IMG/VR virus record: IMGVR_UViG_3300021226_000189
DNA: 64,000 nucleotides
Direction: 5' to 3' (one strand)
Source: a virus
Shown here: positions 40,420-49,228 of the stretch, piece by piece
How positions within the stretch are numbered: position 1 is the first letter of the stretch
Layout: every line of letters begins with the position of its first letter
The notes under the pieces: model-generated
The model's input: only the letters and a program-made list of their open reading frames with translations
The model's database searches: none
What the model was told of the DNA's origin: nothing
Translations under genes and position numbers: made by a program

Positions 40420-40884
40420 ATTTTGCAAAACGTTTAATAAATGTTTTTTCAAACTCTTCGAAGCACCTGCGATAAGACCCTTTTTATTACCTGGAACTGG
40501 AATCCCCAGTTTAGACAAATCGTTGTTGATATCGTTCATAAGCTCTTCAACTTTTCTTTCGATTGTCTTAGAGTAAGAATCTAATTTGGCATTTGTGCTT
40601 TTATTACCACCAGCAGTAACATTTTCTTGACCTTTTGCTTGCAGTCCTTGTCCTTTTTGTGCTAACCCACCTTGAGAAGCATCGACACCTAGCATCTTAC
40701 CTCCTAATTCAGCGGTTTTATTCAAAGCACCGCCATAAGCTTGTTGTGCTTTACCTTTTAATTGTTGTCCTGCCCCTTTTACTGCGCCCAATGCTTGTGC
40801 GCCACGAGCTTTGAAACGGTCCAAGAATTTTTCTTCTAAAAGTTCTTCCAAATTACGTTGATCTTCATTATTATATCTAGCCAT
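40408..40884 (-). CDS. late protein, Gly/Ala/Gln-rich, propeptide-like leader
   Basis: NLEELLEE-KFLDRFKARG; tattta 40890-40895, 5 nt from start. Confidence 0.6.
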   Translation of the reverse strand: MARYNNEDQRNLEELLEEKFLDRFKARGAQALGAVKGAGQQLKGKAQQAYGGALNKTAELGGKMLGVDASQGGLAQKGQGLQAKGQENVTAGGNKSTNAKLDSYSKTIERKVEELMNDINNDLSKLGIPVPGNKKGLIAGASKSLKKHLLNVLQNLKQ

Positions 40885-40888
40885 GATA

Positions 40889-41152
40889 TTATTTATCTTT
40901 TTTATTCTTTTTTTCCCAACTTACTCTCTTAGAGCTTTTCTTTTTATACATTCTACCTTTAATACTTTTACAATCTGCCTTTGTAGCTCTACATGCAGGG
41001 TAAGAACCTTTTGATGTATCTTTTCTACCACAAGGTCCGCCTGTCTTACAGTTGATCCAACCTTTGAATTTTTTACCTTTCTTATCTACATGAGGAGCGA
41101 ACCAATCATGTAAACTTTCCAGTATTTCTCTTTGAGACATCTGTTCCATCAC
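40889..41152 (-). CDS. small basic Cys-rich late protein
   Basis: ILE-SLHDWF...GWINCKTGGPCGR...YPACR..K..C. Confidence 0.7.
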   Translation of the reverse strand: MMEQMSQREILESLHDWFAPHVDKKGKKFKGWINCKTGGPCGRKDTSKGSYPACRATKADCKSIKGRMYKKKSSKRVSWEKKNKKDK

Positions 41153-41511
41153 TTTTTACTATTCCCCCAATTTTTTGCTCCCACTTTTCTACATTTAACT
41201 AATGCGCCAGAAGCATATGCACTAGGCCATACTTTATATCTAGATTTTACTTTTTTATAACAAGCATCTTGTTCTTCTTCCTCACCGCAATCCTCATTAT
41301 CTTCGTCTTCTTCTCTATCATCTCCGAAGATTTTTTCACCTATTTCTTCTTCCCAATCTTCTAATTTATTATTTTTATTTCTATCAGCTTTTTTGGGATC
41401 AAATTTTTCTCTTAATGTCTCCTCATAGATCATGGTCAATTCATTCATGGACTCCCAATCTCTTGATGTATTTTGTTGATTATTCATATTATTATTTTTA
41501 TTAGGACGCAT
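41149..41511 (-). CDS. late protein with basic Cys-containing C-terminal module
   Basis: DACYKKVKSRYKVWPSAYASGALVKCRK. Confidence 0.7.
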   Translation of the reverse strand: MRPNKNNNMNNQQNTSRDWESMNELTMIYEETLREKFDPKKADRNKNNKLEDWEEEIGEKIFGDDREEDEDNEDCGEEEEQDACYKKVKSRYKVWPSAYASGALVKCRKVGAKNWGNSKK

Positions 41512-42418
41512 AAGCTACGACTTCAAATGACGCATCTTCACCAGTTCCACCCAAGTTTTCCCAATTGAAACTGATTCTGCTATTTTCAATTTCAGGTTCT
41601 TCATTAAAGGGATCTTCACTCTCGTTTTTTCTACGGAATGTCAATAGATTTTGACCTTTGAAACCACCATTTTCTGGAGTTCCATAATGAGCTTTAGATA
41701 TTCTTTCATCAAATACTGAATCTAAGGAATATCCTAAATCATCTAATACTTCTACTAATTTACTGATAGCTTTACCAACAGTTGGAAATCTACCATTACC
41801 ATCCAAACCAACTTCAGTCAAAGCTTGTGTAATAGCTTGTCTGTCACGATCCGTAATTGTATCAGAACCACGCATCATGCTTTCATAAAGCATTCCAAGT
41901 TCTTGTGTAGATTCCCAAGATTTTGACTCACCTGCCAATTTGAGGTTTGTTGGAGTATTTTTTCCATTCCCTTTGTCCGTCACATTAGTAATAAGATTTG
42001 GATCAATTTTTAATTTTTTGGGTTTAATGATGACAGTATCCTTTTTTCTAAATTGATCAGGAATGGGAATACCAGCACTGATGTCTGCGATATCCACCAT
42101 ATCGAGAGTTACAGGAACTCTACCATAGGTTCTACCACCACCATGATCAGCAGCAATTGTCAATACAGCAGTAGATGCTGATTTGTATTGGTTTCCAGCA
42201 GAAAATCCAGATTGTTTATCACCAACTTGACAGACTTTAATATTCAACCCACAAGTAGCCAATTCATCAACAGCTTTTTGAAGATCTGTTGGCATATGTT
42301 TATAGGTTTCGGTGTTTTTATAACCACTGCGAAATTTTACATAATCACCTGGAAGATAACCACCAGCTTCTGTTCTGGAGATAACTGTCTCGAAAATAGC
42401 ATCAAATTTTTTTCCCAT
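41501..42418 (-). CDS. two-module late protein with propeptide-like leader
   Basis: MGKKFDAIFE; internal LAGE...ELGMLYES; tattta 42424-42429. Confidence 0.65.
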   Translation of the reverse strand: MGKKFDAIFETVISRTEAGGYLPGDYVKFRSGYKNTETYKHMPTDLQKAVDELATCGLNIKVCQVGDKQSGFSAGNQYKSASTAVLTIAADHGGGRTYGRVPVTLDMVDIADISAGIPIPDQFRKKDTVIIKPKKLKIDPNLITNVTDKGNGKNTPTNLKLAGESKSWESTQELGMLYESMMRGSDTITDRDRQAITQALTEVGLDGNGRFPTVGKAISKLVEVLDDLGYSLDSVFDERISKAHYGTPENGGFKGQNLLTFRRKNESEDPFNEEPEIENSRISFNWENLGGTGEDASFEVVAYAS

Positions 42419-42423
42419 AATGT

Positions 42424-42446
42424 TATTTAGTCAAAAATGCTAAATA
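42424..42446. promoter_or_regulatory. divergent pair of late promoters (TAAATA)
   Basis: tattta 42424-42429 and TAAATA 42441-42446, each 5 nt from its start codon. Confidence 0.75.
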
Positions 42447-42451
42447 ATAAT

Positions 42452-44593
42452 ATGAATTTTGATGATTTATATACATTGGCGTTGGAAGCAGCTAAAAATT
42501 TTGGAAGTCCGAAAAATATCGGTGGTGGTAGGTTGAATAGCGTAAAACTATCTCAAGGTCCTTCTGGTTTCGTTTCTAGTTCTGTCGGTAAAAATGATAA
42601 CCATCAAGAAAGAGTTCCAATCGATCAAAAAAACAAAAAAGGTTTTGACCCGAAAAGATCTTATAAACAACAAAAATCACAAATCGAAATTTCCGATGAT
42701 TCGGGTAACACTCAAGTTAGAAAAAAAACAGAAAACGAATTACAAAATGTTTTTGCGATTATTGGTGATCAGAAAAAAGCGTTATATAATTCTTTTGCTC
42801 TGTTGAATAACAGTGGATATTATAAACAAGAAATTGATAAAATTTTTGACATTTTTTCAAAAGTCCAATCTATTAAATTTGAGGATGAGAAAAAATTAAA
42901 AACCCTTAGATTTAATATCGATCAAAATAATAGTATTGCGACTAAAATGATTGATAAAATCCGTCAATACGAAACAGTTTATAATAATTATAACGATCCT
43001 GAAGAAGTTAAAATTCAAACTGCAAACGATCTAAAAGAAGCTGAAGCTTTGTATGATGTTAATTTTAAAAATTTGAAAAAAATTAAAGGTGGTTCTGGAT
43101 TAGTAACAGTTTTGAATAATTTGGAGACATTGAATATGCGTAAGACAGTTCTTTTGAAGAACTTCGCTTCTAAAACCGCGCCATATGAAATCGAGAAATT
43201 AAATTCTGAAATATTCAATGTTGAAAGAAAAATTAAAGAGATGGTTATGGAAAATCCGTCATATAGTCAATATGTCGAAAAATTTAAAAAATTGTCAAGG
43301 GATATAGAACGTCTCACTATCAAACATTCACACCACGAACTTAAAGCTTCGGATATCAGTGGTGTCGAGCGTAAATCCAAAGGTATTTTAAATATTTTAA
43401 GAGACAGTGAAGAAAAGTTAAAAGCTGTTGAAGCAAAGGCCAAAGAAGATAGTGAAGAGTATAATAATCTCGTTGATTACGTTTCAAAAATTTCCACACA
43501 CAATGAAAACATTAATAATACATGTATTGAGAAATTTAAGAAAGCTGTTGTCACTGGTGCTGAAAATATTTTAAATTTAAAATTTGAAAATTTTAATCCT
43601 GAATCTTCGGAGGCTAAACAGATTAATTGGGATTCAGACGTGCCAACTAAAGGGGATGTTTACAAAATGCTGGTTGCTTTGACAACACCTAATAACCCAA
43701 TTTTCCGACTTATTGATAAATTAGACATGCCTTTCTTAGATGAAAAAGAATCGGAAGATGAGACTAGAGGCGCAGTTCGTTATGACATCGGTAGAGCTAT
43801 GAGCGATAATGAGAATATCACTAATGTCAGAGACATAAACGATTTACCTTTTTCTAAAATTGTAGTATATTTAAAAAATGTTGCCATCGCAACAATGCCT
43901 ATTAAAGATGATCCTTTTAATGACGAATCTTTTAGAAAAGCTTATCGTCAGTTCGCTGATATTTGCTTGAATGATGAAAATGGTGAAGAAGAATGGAATA
44001 ATGTTTTAATTAAAGAGCGTTTGAAAAAATTGTTAGGTATCGAGTTACCTCCAAATTTTCAAACAAAGATTAAAGTTGACATGGGTAACGCATTAAAACC
44101 TGCTAGAAAATTTGAATATGAGAAAATAATCAATGGTCGATATGATAATAGAGGCGTTGGATCTTTTAAAAAATTGTTATCTATGGTAGATGGAGATTTA
44201 AGAGGCGCATATCCTAGAAGGTTTGAAAGTATTAAAAATAAATTGAGAAAAGGTGAACCAATCAATGAATCCTTCGATCAATTGGCAGCTACATATGCAT
44301 CTTCTTTCAATTTAGATATCAATGATTTTATGATCGACTTACAAGAGGTTCATTCTTTACTTGAAAAGAAATGCACGGGTCCGACAAAGAAAGCATCTAG
44401 TGATAGAAAAGGTAAAAAATGGACTAAATGCGCGAAACAACCAGATGGTTCTTATAAAAGAATTCATTGGGGGCAAGCTGGCGTGAGAGTTGGTAAAGAT
44501 AATCCGAAACGAAGAAAATCTTTTAGATCTAGACATAAATGTTCTTCTGCAAAACCAGGTTCACCCAAAGCAGCCGCTTGCAGTGATTGGTAG
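42452..44593 (+). CDS. large coiled-coil late protein with C-terminal basic Cys-rich module
   Basis: MNFDDLYTLALE leader; C-terminal HWGQ...NPKRRKSFRSRHKC...ACSDW. Confidence 0.65.
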   Translation: MNFDDLYTLALEAAKNFGSPKNIGGGRLNSVKLSQGPSGFVSSSVGKNDNHQERVPIDQKNKKGFDPKRSYKQQKSQIEISDDSGNTQVRKKTENELQNVFAIIGDQKKALYNSFALLNNSGYYKQEIDKIFDIFSKVQSIKFEDEKKLKTLRFNIDQNNSIATKMIDKIRQYETVYNNYNDPEEVKIQTANDLKEAEALYDVNFKNLKKIKGGSGLVTVLNNLETLNMRKTVLLKNFASKTAPYEIEKLNSEIFNVERKIKEMVMENPSYSQYVEKFKKLSRDIERLTIKHSHHELKASDISGVERKSKGILNILRDSEEKLKAVEAKAKEDSEEYNNLVDYVSKISTHNENINNTCIEKFKKAVVTGAENILNLKFENFNPESSEAKQINWDSDVPTKGDVYKMLVALTTPNNPIFRLIDKLDMPFLDEKESEDETRGAVRYDIGRAMSDNENITNVRDINDLPFSKIVVYLKNVAIATMPIKDDPFNDESFRKAYRQFADICLNDENGEEEWNNVLIKERLKKLLGIELPPNFQTKIKVDMGNALKPARKFEYEKIINGRYDNRGVGSFKKLLSMVDGDLRGAYPRRFESIKNKLRKGEPINESFDQLAATYASSFNLDINDFMIDLQEVHSLLEKKCTGPTKKASSDRKGKKWTKCAKQPDGSYKRIHWGQAGVRVGKDNPKRRKSFRSRHKCSSAKPGSPKAAACSDW

Positions 44594-44613
44594 TCGCCTG
44601 ATTAAATAATTAG

Positions 44614-46563
44614 GTGAACACGGATCAAATATTATTAGATTTACTTGACCACCTAAGAAAAACAGATGAACAAAAAGGTGTTCAGGGTGAAACATTGTCT
44701 GAGAAGAATATAATTCAAAATGACAACGCCGATCCTAATAAAAAAATCTCTTCAACTCTATCTTCAGTTGAAGAGAGAAGAACTATTTCGATAGCTAAAA
44801 TCTTAGCTAAAACTTTTTTCGAAGTAAAGAAAAAAAATACCAAAGACACTGCCTTAAAAACTTCCTTTCAAAGAATAACACCTTCTTCTAAAACACCTTC
44901 TTCTAAAATAGAAAAAGTTAAAAATTTTGTTGATGAGAAAAAGGAACAATCCATATGGTGGTTACTTTTCGGTACTATAGGAACTCTTTTAACTGGATTA
45001 ATAACCGATGGACCTTTCAAAGGTATTTTGAAAATTTTATCAAAAATGGGTTTTAAAATTCTTGGTGGTTTTACGAAAATAATTTCAAAAATTTTCGGTA
45101 AAATTACAAATTTTGGTAAAATCTTTAAAGGTGGTAAGATAGCTGATTTTTTTGGTGATATTGTTAAAAATTTTAGCGATGATTTCCTCAAAGGTTTTAA
45201 ATCTGTTGCTTCAAAACCTTTTAGTAATATTGGAAAAATTTTCAAAGGTGGTGGTATGCTTGCTAAAATGGGTAAATTTTTGAAACCATTACTTCCCGCA
45301 TTGAAAAAAGCACCATTGTTGGGTAATATCATTTCCATAGGATTTGCAATTTCAAGATTCATGCAAGGGGATATAACTGGTGGTGTTATCGACACTTTGA
45401 GCGCATTGAGTGGATTATTATACCCTGTTGCTCCACCATTGGCTTATGGTCTAGGTATTGGTCTTGATGTGTTGAATGCTTTTCTAGATGTGAAACAAGC
45501 ATCTCCTGAAAATAAAGGAAAGGGTAAAGGACAAATTCTTTGGGAAATGACAAAATCATTGAGTTCTTACATATGGAAAAAATCTTATAATATTCCAATA
45601 TTAGGTGGAGTTAGAAGATTTATGGATGCTTATGACATGTTCAAGTCTGGAAACATAGTAGGTGGTCTTAAAAAGATGGCAACTGGTATGATAGCTTTTA
45701 CTGGTTTAGCACCTGTAGCAACTGGAATGGAAATGTTGGGAGATTTTTTAGTAGGTAAAACACCAGAGGAGAAAGCAAATAGTAAAATAAAAAGCTTATG
45801 GGGAATGACTAAATCATTGGGTTCTTACATATGGAAAAAATCTTATAATATTCCAATATTAGGTGGAGTTAGAAGATTTATGGATGCTTATGATCTTTTT
45901 AAATCTGGAGATATCGTAGGTGGTCTTAAAAAGATGGGAACTGGTATGATAGCTTTAACTGGTTTAGCACCTGTAGCAACTGGAATGGAAATGTTGGCTG
46001 GGATGTTTTCCAATAATGATAAAAAAGAAACTAAAATAAAACCAAATACTTCTTGGATTAAAAATGTTAAAAAATTTATTAAAGGGAAAATGAGCGAATT
46101 ACCATACATTTTGAGAAAACCTTTGGAATGGATGGGTATTTTAGATGGTAATGGAGCGGAGAATGAAAAAAATCTCAAAATGTTAAGTTCCCCTAAAAAT
46201 AAATCTGGTGAATTTGCAAATGGAAAAATTCCTGTTAAAAAACAAGATATTCTTGTTAAAAAACAAGATATTAAAGTTACTAATGATAATCCTAAACCAA
46301 TTGCTAATATATCAAATAATATTAAAGGTTTGGAAGAAATGACGGATGTGAATTATGGACAATTAAAAGTTTTAGAAGAATTACGCAATATCAACGCTCA
46401 AACTTTGAAAGTGATAGCTGACATTTCTAGACAAAATGGTAAACCACAAAATGTCAATATCCCAAATCCTACATCTTCCGATAGAATTTCTAAAGGTGGT
46501 AATCCAGTGAAAATGAAAATTAGTAGAGATGATTATGGATATTCACCATATGCTTTAGTTTAA
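44614..46563 (+). CDS. putative tape measure / tail-length protein
   Basis: Gly/Lys/Phe amphipathic repeats, hydrophobic segments, internal duplication; precedes baseplate hub genes. Confidence 0.55.
   Translation: MNTDQILLDLLDHLRKTDEQKGVQGETLSEKNIIQNDNADPNKKISSTLSSVEERRTISIAKILAKTFFEVKKKNTKDTALKTSFQRITPSSKTPSSKIEKVKNFVDEKKEQSIWWLLFGTIGTLLTGLITDGPFKGILKILSKMGFKILGGFTKIISKIFGKITNFGKIFKGGKIADFFGDIVKNFSDDFLKGFKSVASKPFSNIGKIFKGGGMLAKMGKFLKPLLPALKKAPLLGNIISIGFAISRFMQGDITGGVIDTLSALSGLLYPVAPPLAYGLGIGLDVLNAFLDVKQASPENKGKGKGQILWEMTKSLSSYIWKKSYNIPILGGVRRFMDAYDMFKSGNIVGGLKKMATGMIAFTGLAPVATGMEMLGDFLVGKTPEEKANSKIKSLWGMTKSLGSYIWKKSYNIPILGGVRRFMDAYDLFKSGDIVGGLKKMGTGMIALTGLAPVATGMEMLAGMFSNNDKKETKIKPNTSWIKNVKKFIKGKMSELPYILRKPLEWMGILDGNGAENEKNLKMLSSPKNKSGEFANGKIPVKKQDILVKKQDIKVTNDNPKPIANISNNIKGLEEMTDVNYGQLKVLEELRNINAQTLKVIADISRQNGKPQNVNIPNPTSSDRISKGGNPVKMKISRDDYGYSPYALV
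45541..45997 (+). repeat. direct repeat, 199-bp near-identical copies at 258-bp period
   Basis: 45541-45739 and 45799-45997: W.MTKSL.SYIWKKSYNIPILGGVRRFMDAYD...GMEML. Confidence 0.95.
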
Positions 46564-46579
46564 GTTAAATAATTTTATA

Positions 46580-47524
46580 ATGGCGATATACAATATACAA
46601 ACCGATTACGATTGGACGAGCGTTCCTAGAAAAAGTCCTTATAGAGATATTGCGCCATATATAAAAATAAAAAGTTATAAGATAACCTCAAGTGCTGCGC
46701 TCAATAGAATTGCCAGTTACGCTAATTTATTGAATCAAAATGTGGAAGAATTTTATGATGAATTGTATTCGAATGCTATGATTGAAGATACATTTTTCAT
46801 TCCTTATTTCGATGATAATGTTCGTAGCTTCTCGAATGAATTCGGTGATACCTTCCAACAGTCTATGTTCGGAGGTATTGATTCGACTCTAAACACATTA
46901 GCAAATGAAGCGGCGATTTTCGGCGAAATGAGAGTCGGTGATAATTCGACAAAAATTGGTAAAGACATCGCAGGAATCGCGAATGCCGTAAAGACAGAAG
47001 GTTTTGGAGCAGCGAAGAATATTAACAATATTGGTAAAGGTGTATCTACTGCCCCTGGTTCATACATCGAAACACCAAAACTTTATGCTTATGCTCAAAA
47101 TGACTCAGCAATTGAAGTTGGGTTTCCATTATTCAATACTATCAATCAGAATGCTTATATTGAAAATGCTAAATTGATTAAGCATTTGACAATTATTAAT
47201 AGACCCAGAAGGTTGACACCTGTTACAATGGAACCACCTCGTTTGTACGAAATTGTTTTACCAGGGGTTCGTTACATGCGATGGGCTTTTTGTAGTTCAT
47301 TTTCAGTAAGTTTTCTGGGTAGTAGAAGAATGGTTGACAACACGATCATTCCAGATGGGTATCAAGTAAAAATGTCATTCACATCACTTGTCACTGAAGT
47401 TAATAACTTTTTGGATTCTTCGAAAATTTATTCTGATGGTGAAGGAATTCCAGATTGGGCTGAAATTGAAGTTCCTTTTGATACTGGTCCAACACAAATC
47501 CCAAATAACACTAGAATGGCTTAA
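46580..47524 (+). CDS. putative baseplate tail-tube cap (gp48-like)
   Basis: F.LFNT, PP..Y.I...G......C....V, P..Y...M.F..L; between tape measure and gp53. Confidence 0.45.
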   Translation: MAIYNIQTDYDWTSVPRKSPYRDIAPYIKIKSYKITSSAALNRIASYANLLNQNVEEFYDELYSNAMIEDTFFIPYFDDNVRSFSNEFGDTFQQSMFGGIDSTLNTLANEAAIFGEMRVGDNSTKIGKDIAGIANAVKTEGFGAAKNINNIGKGVSTAPGSYIETPKLYAYAQNDSAIEVGFPLFNTINQNAYIENAKLIKHLTIINRPRRLTPVTMEPPRLYEIVLPGVRYMRWAFCSSFSVSFLGSRRMVDNTIIPDGYQVKMSFTSLVTEVNNFLDSSKIYSDGEGIPDWAEIEVPFDTGPTQIPNNTRMA

Positions 47525-47534
47525 AATATAAATT

Positions 47535-47915
47535 ATGGATGATACAGGAACATACCGCAAAGATTTGAAATCAGAAAATTACGATAGAATATTCAAAATG
47601 TATTCTGAAAAATTGGATGATAAAGAATTTCAATATTACAATATTTTGAGAAAAATAGATATCTCAAATATAGATTCTGAATATTTGGATTTTTATAACG
47701 TAAAATCGAAAATACCGATGACAACTTTATCGTTTAATATCTATGGTGATATTAAATTATGGTGGATTTTATATTTGGTCAATAAAGAAATTTTCAATGG
47801 ACCACCGTTATGGGTTGAGGGTGGAAACACTATTAAATACATCAAAAAGTCTTACTTGAATTTATTGTATCAAGATATAAATAAAAATACTGTTCTTGGA
47901 GGAAGACACTATTAA
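47535..47915 (+). CDS. gp53: baseplate wedge protein (T4 gp53-like)
   Basis: LSFNIYGDIKLWWILYLVN. Confidence 0.75.
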   Translation: MDDTGTYRKDLKSENYDRIFKMYSEKLDDKEFQYYNILRKIDISNIDSEYLDFYNVKSKIPMTTLSFNIYGDIKLWWILYLVNKEIFNGPPLWVEGGNTIKYIKKSYLNLLYQDINKNTVLGGRHY

Positions 47916-49228
47916 TGGAAAATATTTGTAAAATTAATGATGTTGAATACAGATACGAATATCTCTTCAAGAATTCTGATAATGAAGAGGTTCGTATGAC
48001 GAGTTCTGCGGTGAGAAACCTGACTATCGTGGATAATATCTATAATCCATTTTTGAGAGGTTCTGTGTCAATAGCAAACCCATATGATATTTTTGAAGAG
48101 AAGTATATTATCCGTGGTGATGGTAGAGACGAATTCAAAGTCTTTCTAAAACCAGTTGATGACATAGATGGTTTGAGCATCGATGAAACTTTTATATTAT
48201 TAAAAGAAGAAAACATGGGGGATTTAGAAGTTCGTTCGGAAAATATGAAGAATTTTAAAATTCTTCATAAAGATATCTTACCTTTCCTAGACACTTTACC
48301 ATACAATAAAAAATTTGAAGGAAAAGTCGGTGACATTTTGAAAGATATTTTCATCGAATTGTTGGGTGAAGACAAAGTAGATTCTGATAATTGGGAAAGC
48401 GGTGATTTTGAAATAGAATACATCCCACCAGTCAATTTTAAATATAGGGATTTGGTATATCATCTTTTGAAATTTTTCTTCGGTAAACATGACGACCTTT
48501 ATGTGAAAGGTTTCATATTGAGAAATAGTGATAAAAAATACTATCTTTCATACTTGTCGAATATATTTCAAAATAACGATTCCAATATGATGGACGTTTT
48601 TCTCGTTGCGGATTTAGCAGATGATAATATAGCGAACAATGAAAATAATCCACAAGGTAATCACGAGTTGAAAAAATACGCTAATGGTGTGAAAAATTTT
48701 TGTTACGATACTCCTTCTTACGAACATAATAATAGTCATTTCATCAACTCCATAGTACATGGATATGATAAATTTTCTGGAACTCATTGTATGAAAATTC
48801 TTAGAATTCAAGATATTGAAGATAAATGGAAAACCAAATTTGTGGATTCGTTTAAATGTTTATACAAAACACCAATTCCCTTCGTAATTAAGAATCAGAA
48901 AACGGCTAAAAAATTCAAACATTATAGATTACCATATGATATTGAAGATAGTGTCAAAATGGTGGAAGCTGAGATGTATAACATATTAACTTTTTATAAT
49001 CTGAATTGTTCTTTCACCAATTTGGGAGATATTAAACGCTCTTCGGGAACCTTTATAGATTTGATAAAAATAGGCAACATAGAGTTCAAGGGTGATCAAA
49101 AAATGTTTGGTAGATGGTTCACGACTGAAGTGCGCCATGTCATTTCCAATGATTCATTTTACAACGATTTTAAATGTTGTAAAACTTATGTTGGACCGTC
49201 TAATACAACAAATAATGATGTAGAATAA
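47915..49228 (+). CDS. putative baseplate hub protein (gp27-like)
   Basis: LTIVDNIYNPFLRGSV.I...RGDG; C-terminal G.WF...V.H.I. Confidence 0.55.
   Translation: MENICKINDVEYRYEYLFKNSDNEEVRMTSSAVRNLTIVDNIYNPFLRGSVSIANPYDIFEEKYIIRGDGRDEFKVFLKPVDDIDGLSIDETFILLKEENMGDLEVRSENMKNFKILHKDILPFLDTLPYNKKFEGKVGDILKDIFIELLGEDKVDSDNWESGDFEIEYIPPVNFKYRDLVYHLLKFFFGKHDDLYVKGFILRNSDKKYYLSYLSNIFQNNDSNMMDVFLVADLADDNIANNENNPQGNHELKKYANGVKNFCYDTPSYEHNNSHFINSIVHGYDKFSGTHCMKILRIQDIEDKWKTKFVDSFKCLYKTPIPFVIKNQKTAKKFKHYRLPYDIEDSVKMVEAEMYNILTFYNLNCSFTNLGDIKRSSGTFIDLIKIGNIEFKGDQKMFGRWFTTEVRHVISNDSFYNDFKCCKTYVGPSNTTNNDVE

Noticed and set aside
44868-45395. 175-aa antisense ORF
   Set aside because: Shadow of the Gly/Lys/Phe repeats of the tape-measure-like gene.
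45541-45997. Repeat pair as DGR template/variable repeat
   Set aside because: Differences include C>T, G>A, C>G and T>A, not only adenines; both copies are in frame in one gene; no reverse transcriptase in the window.
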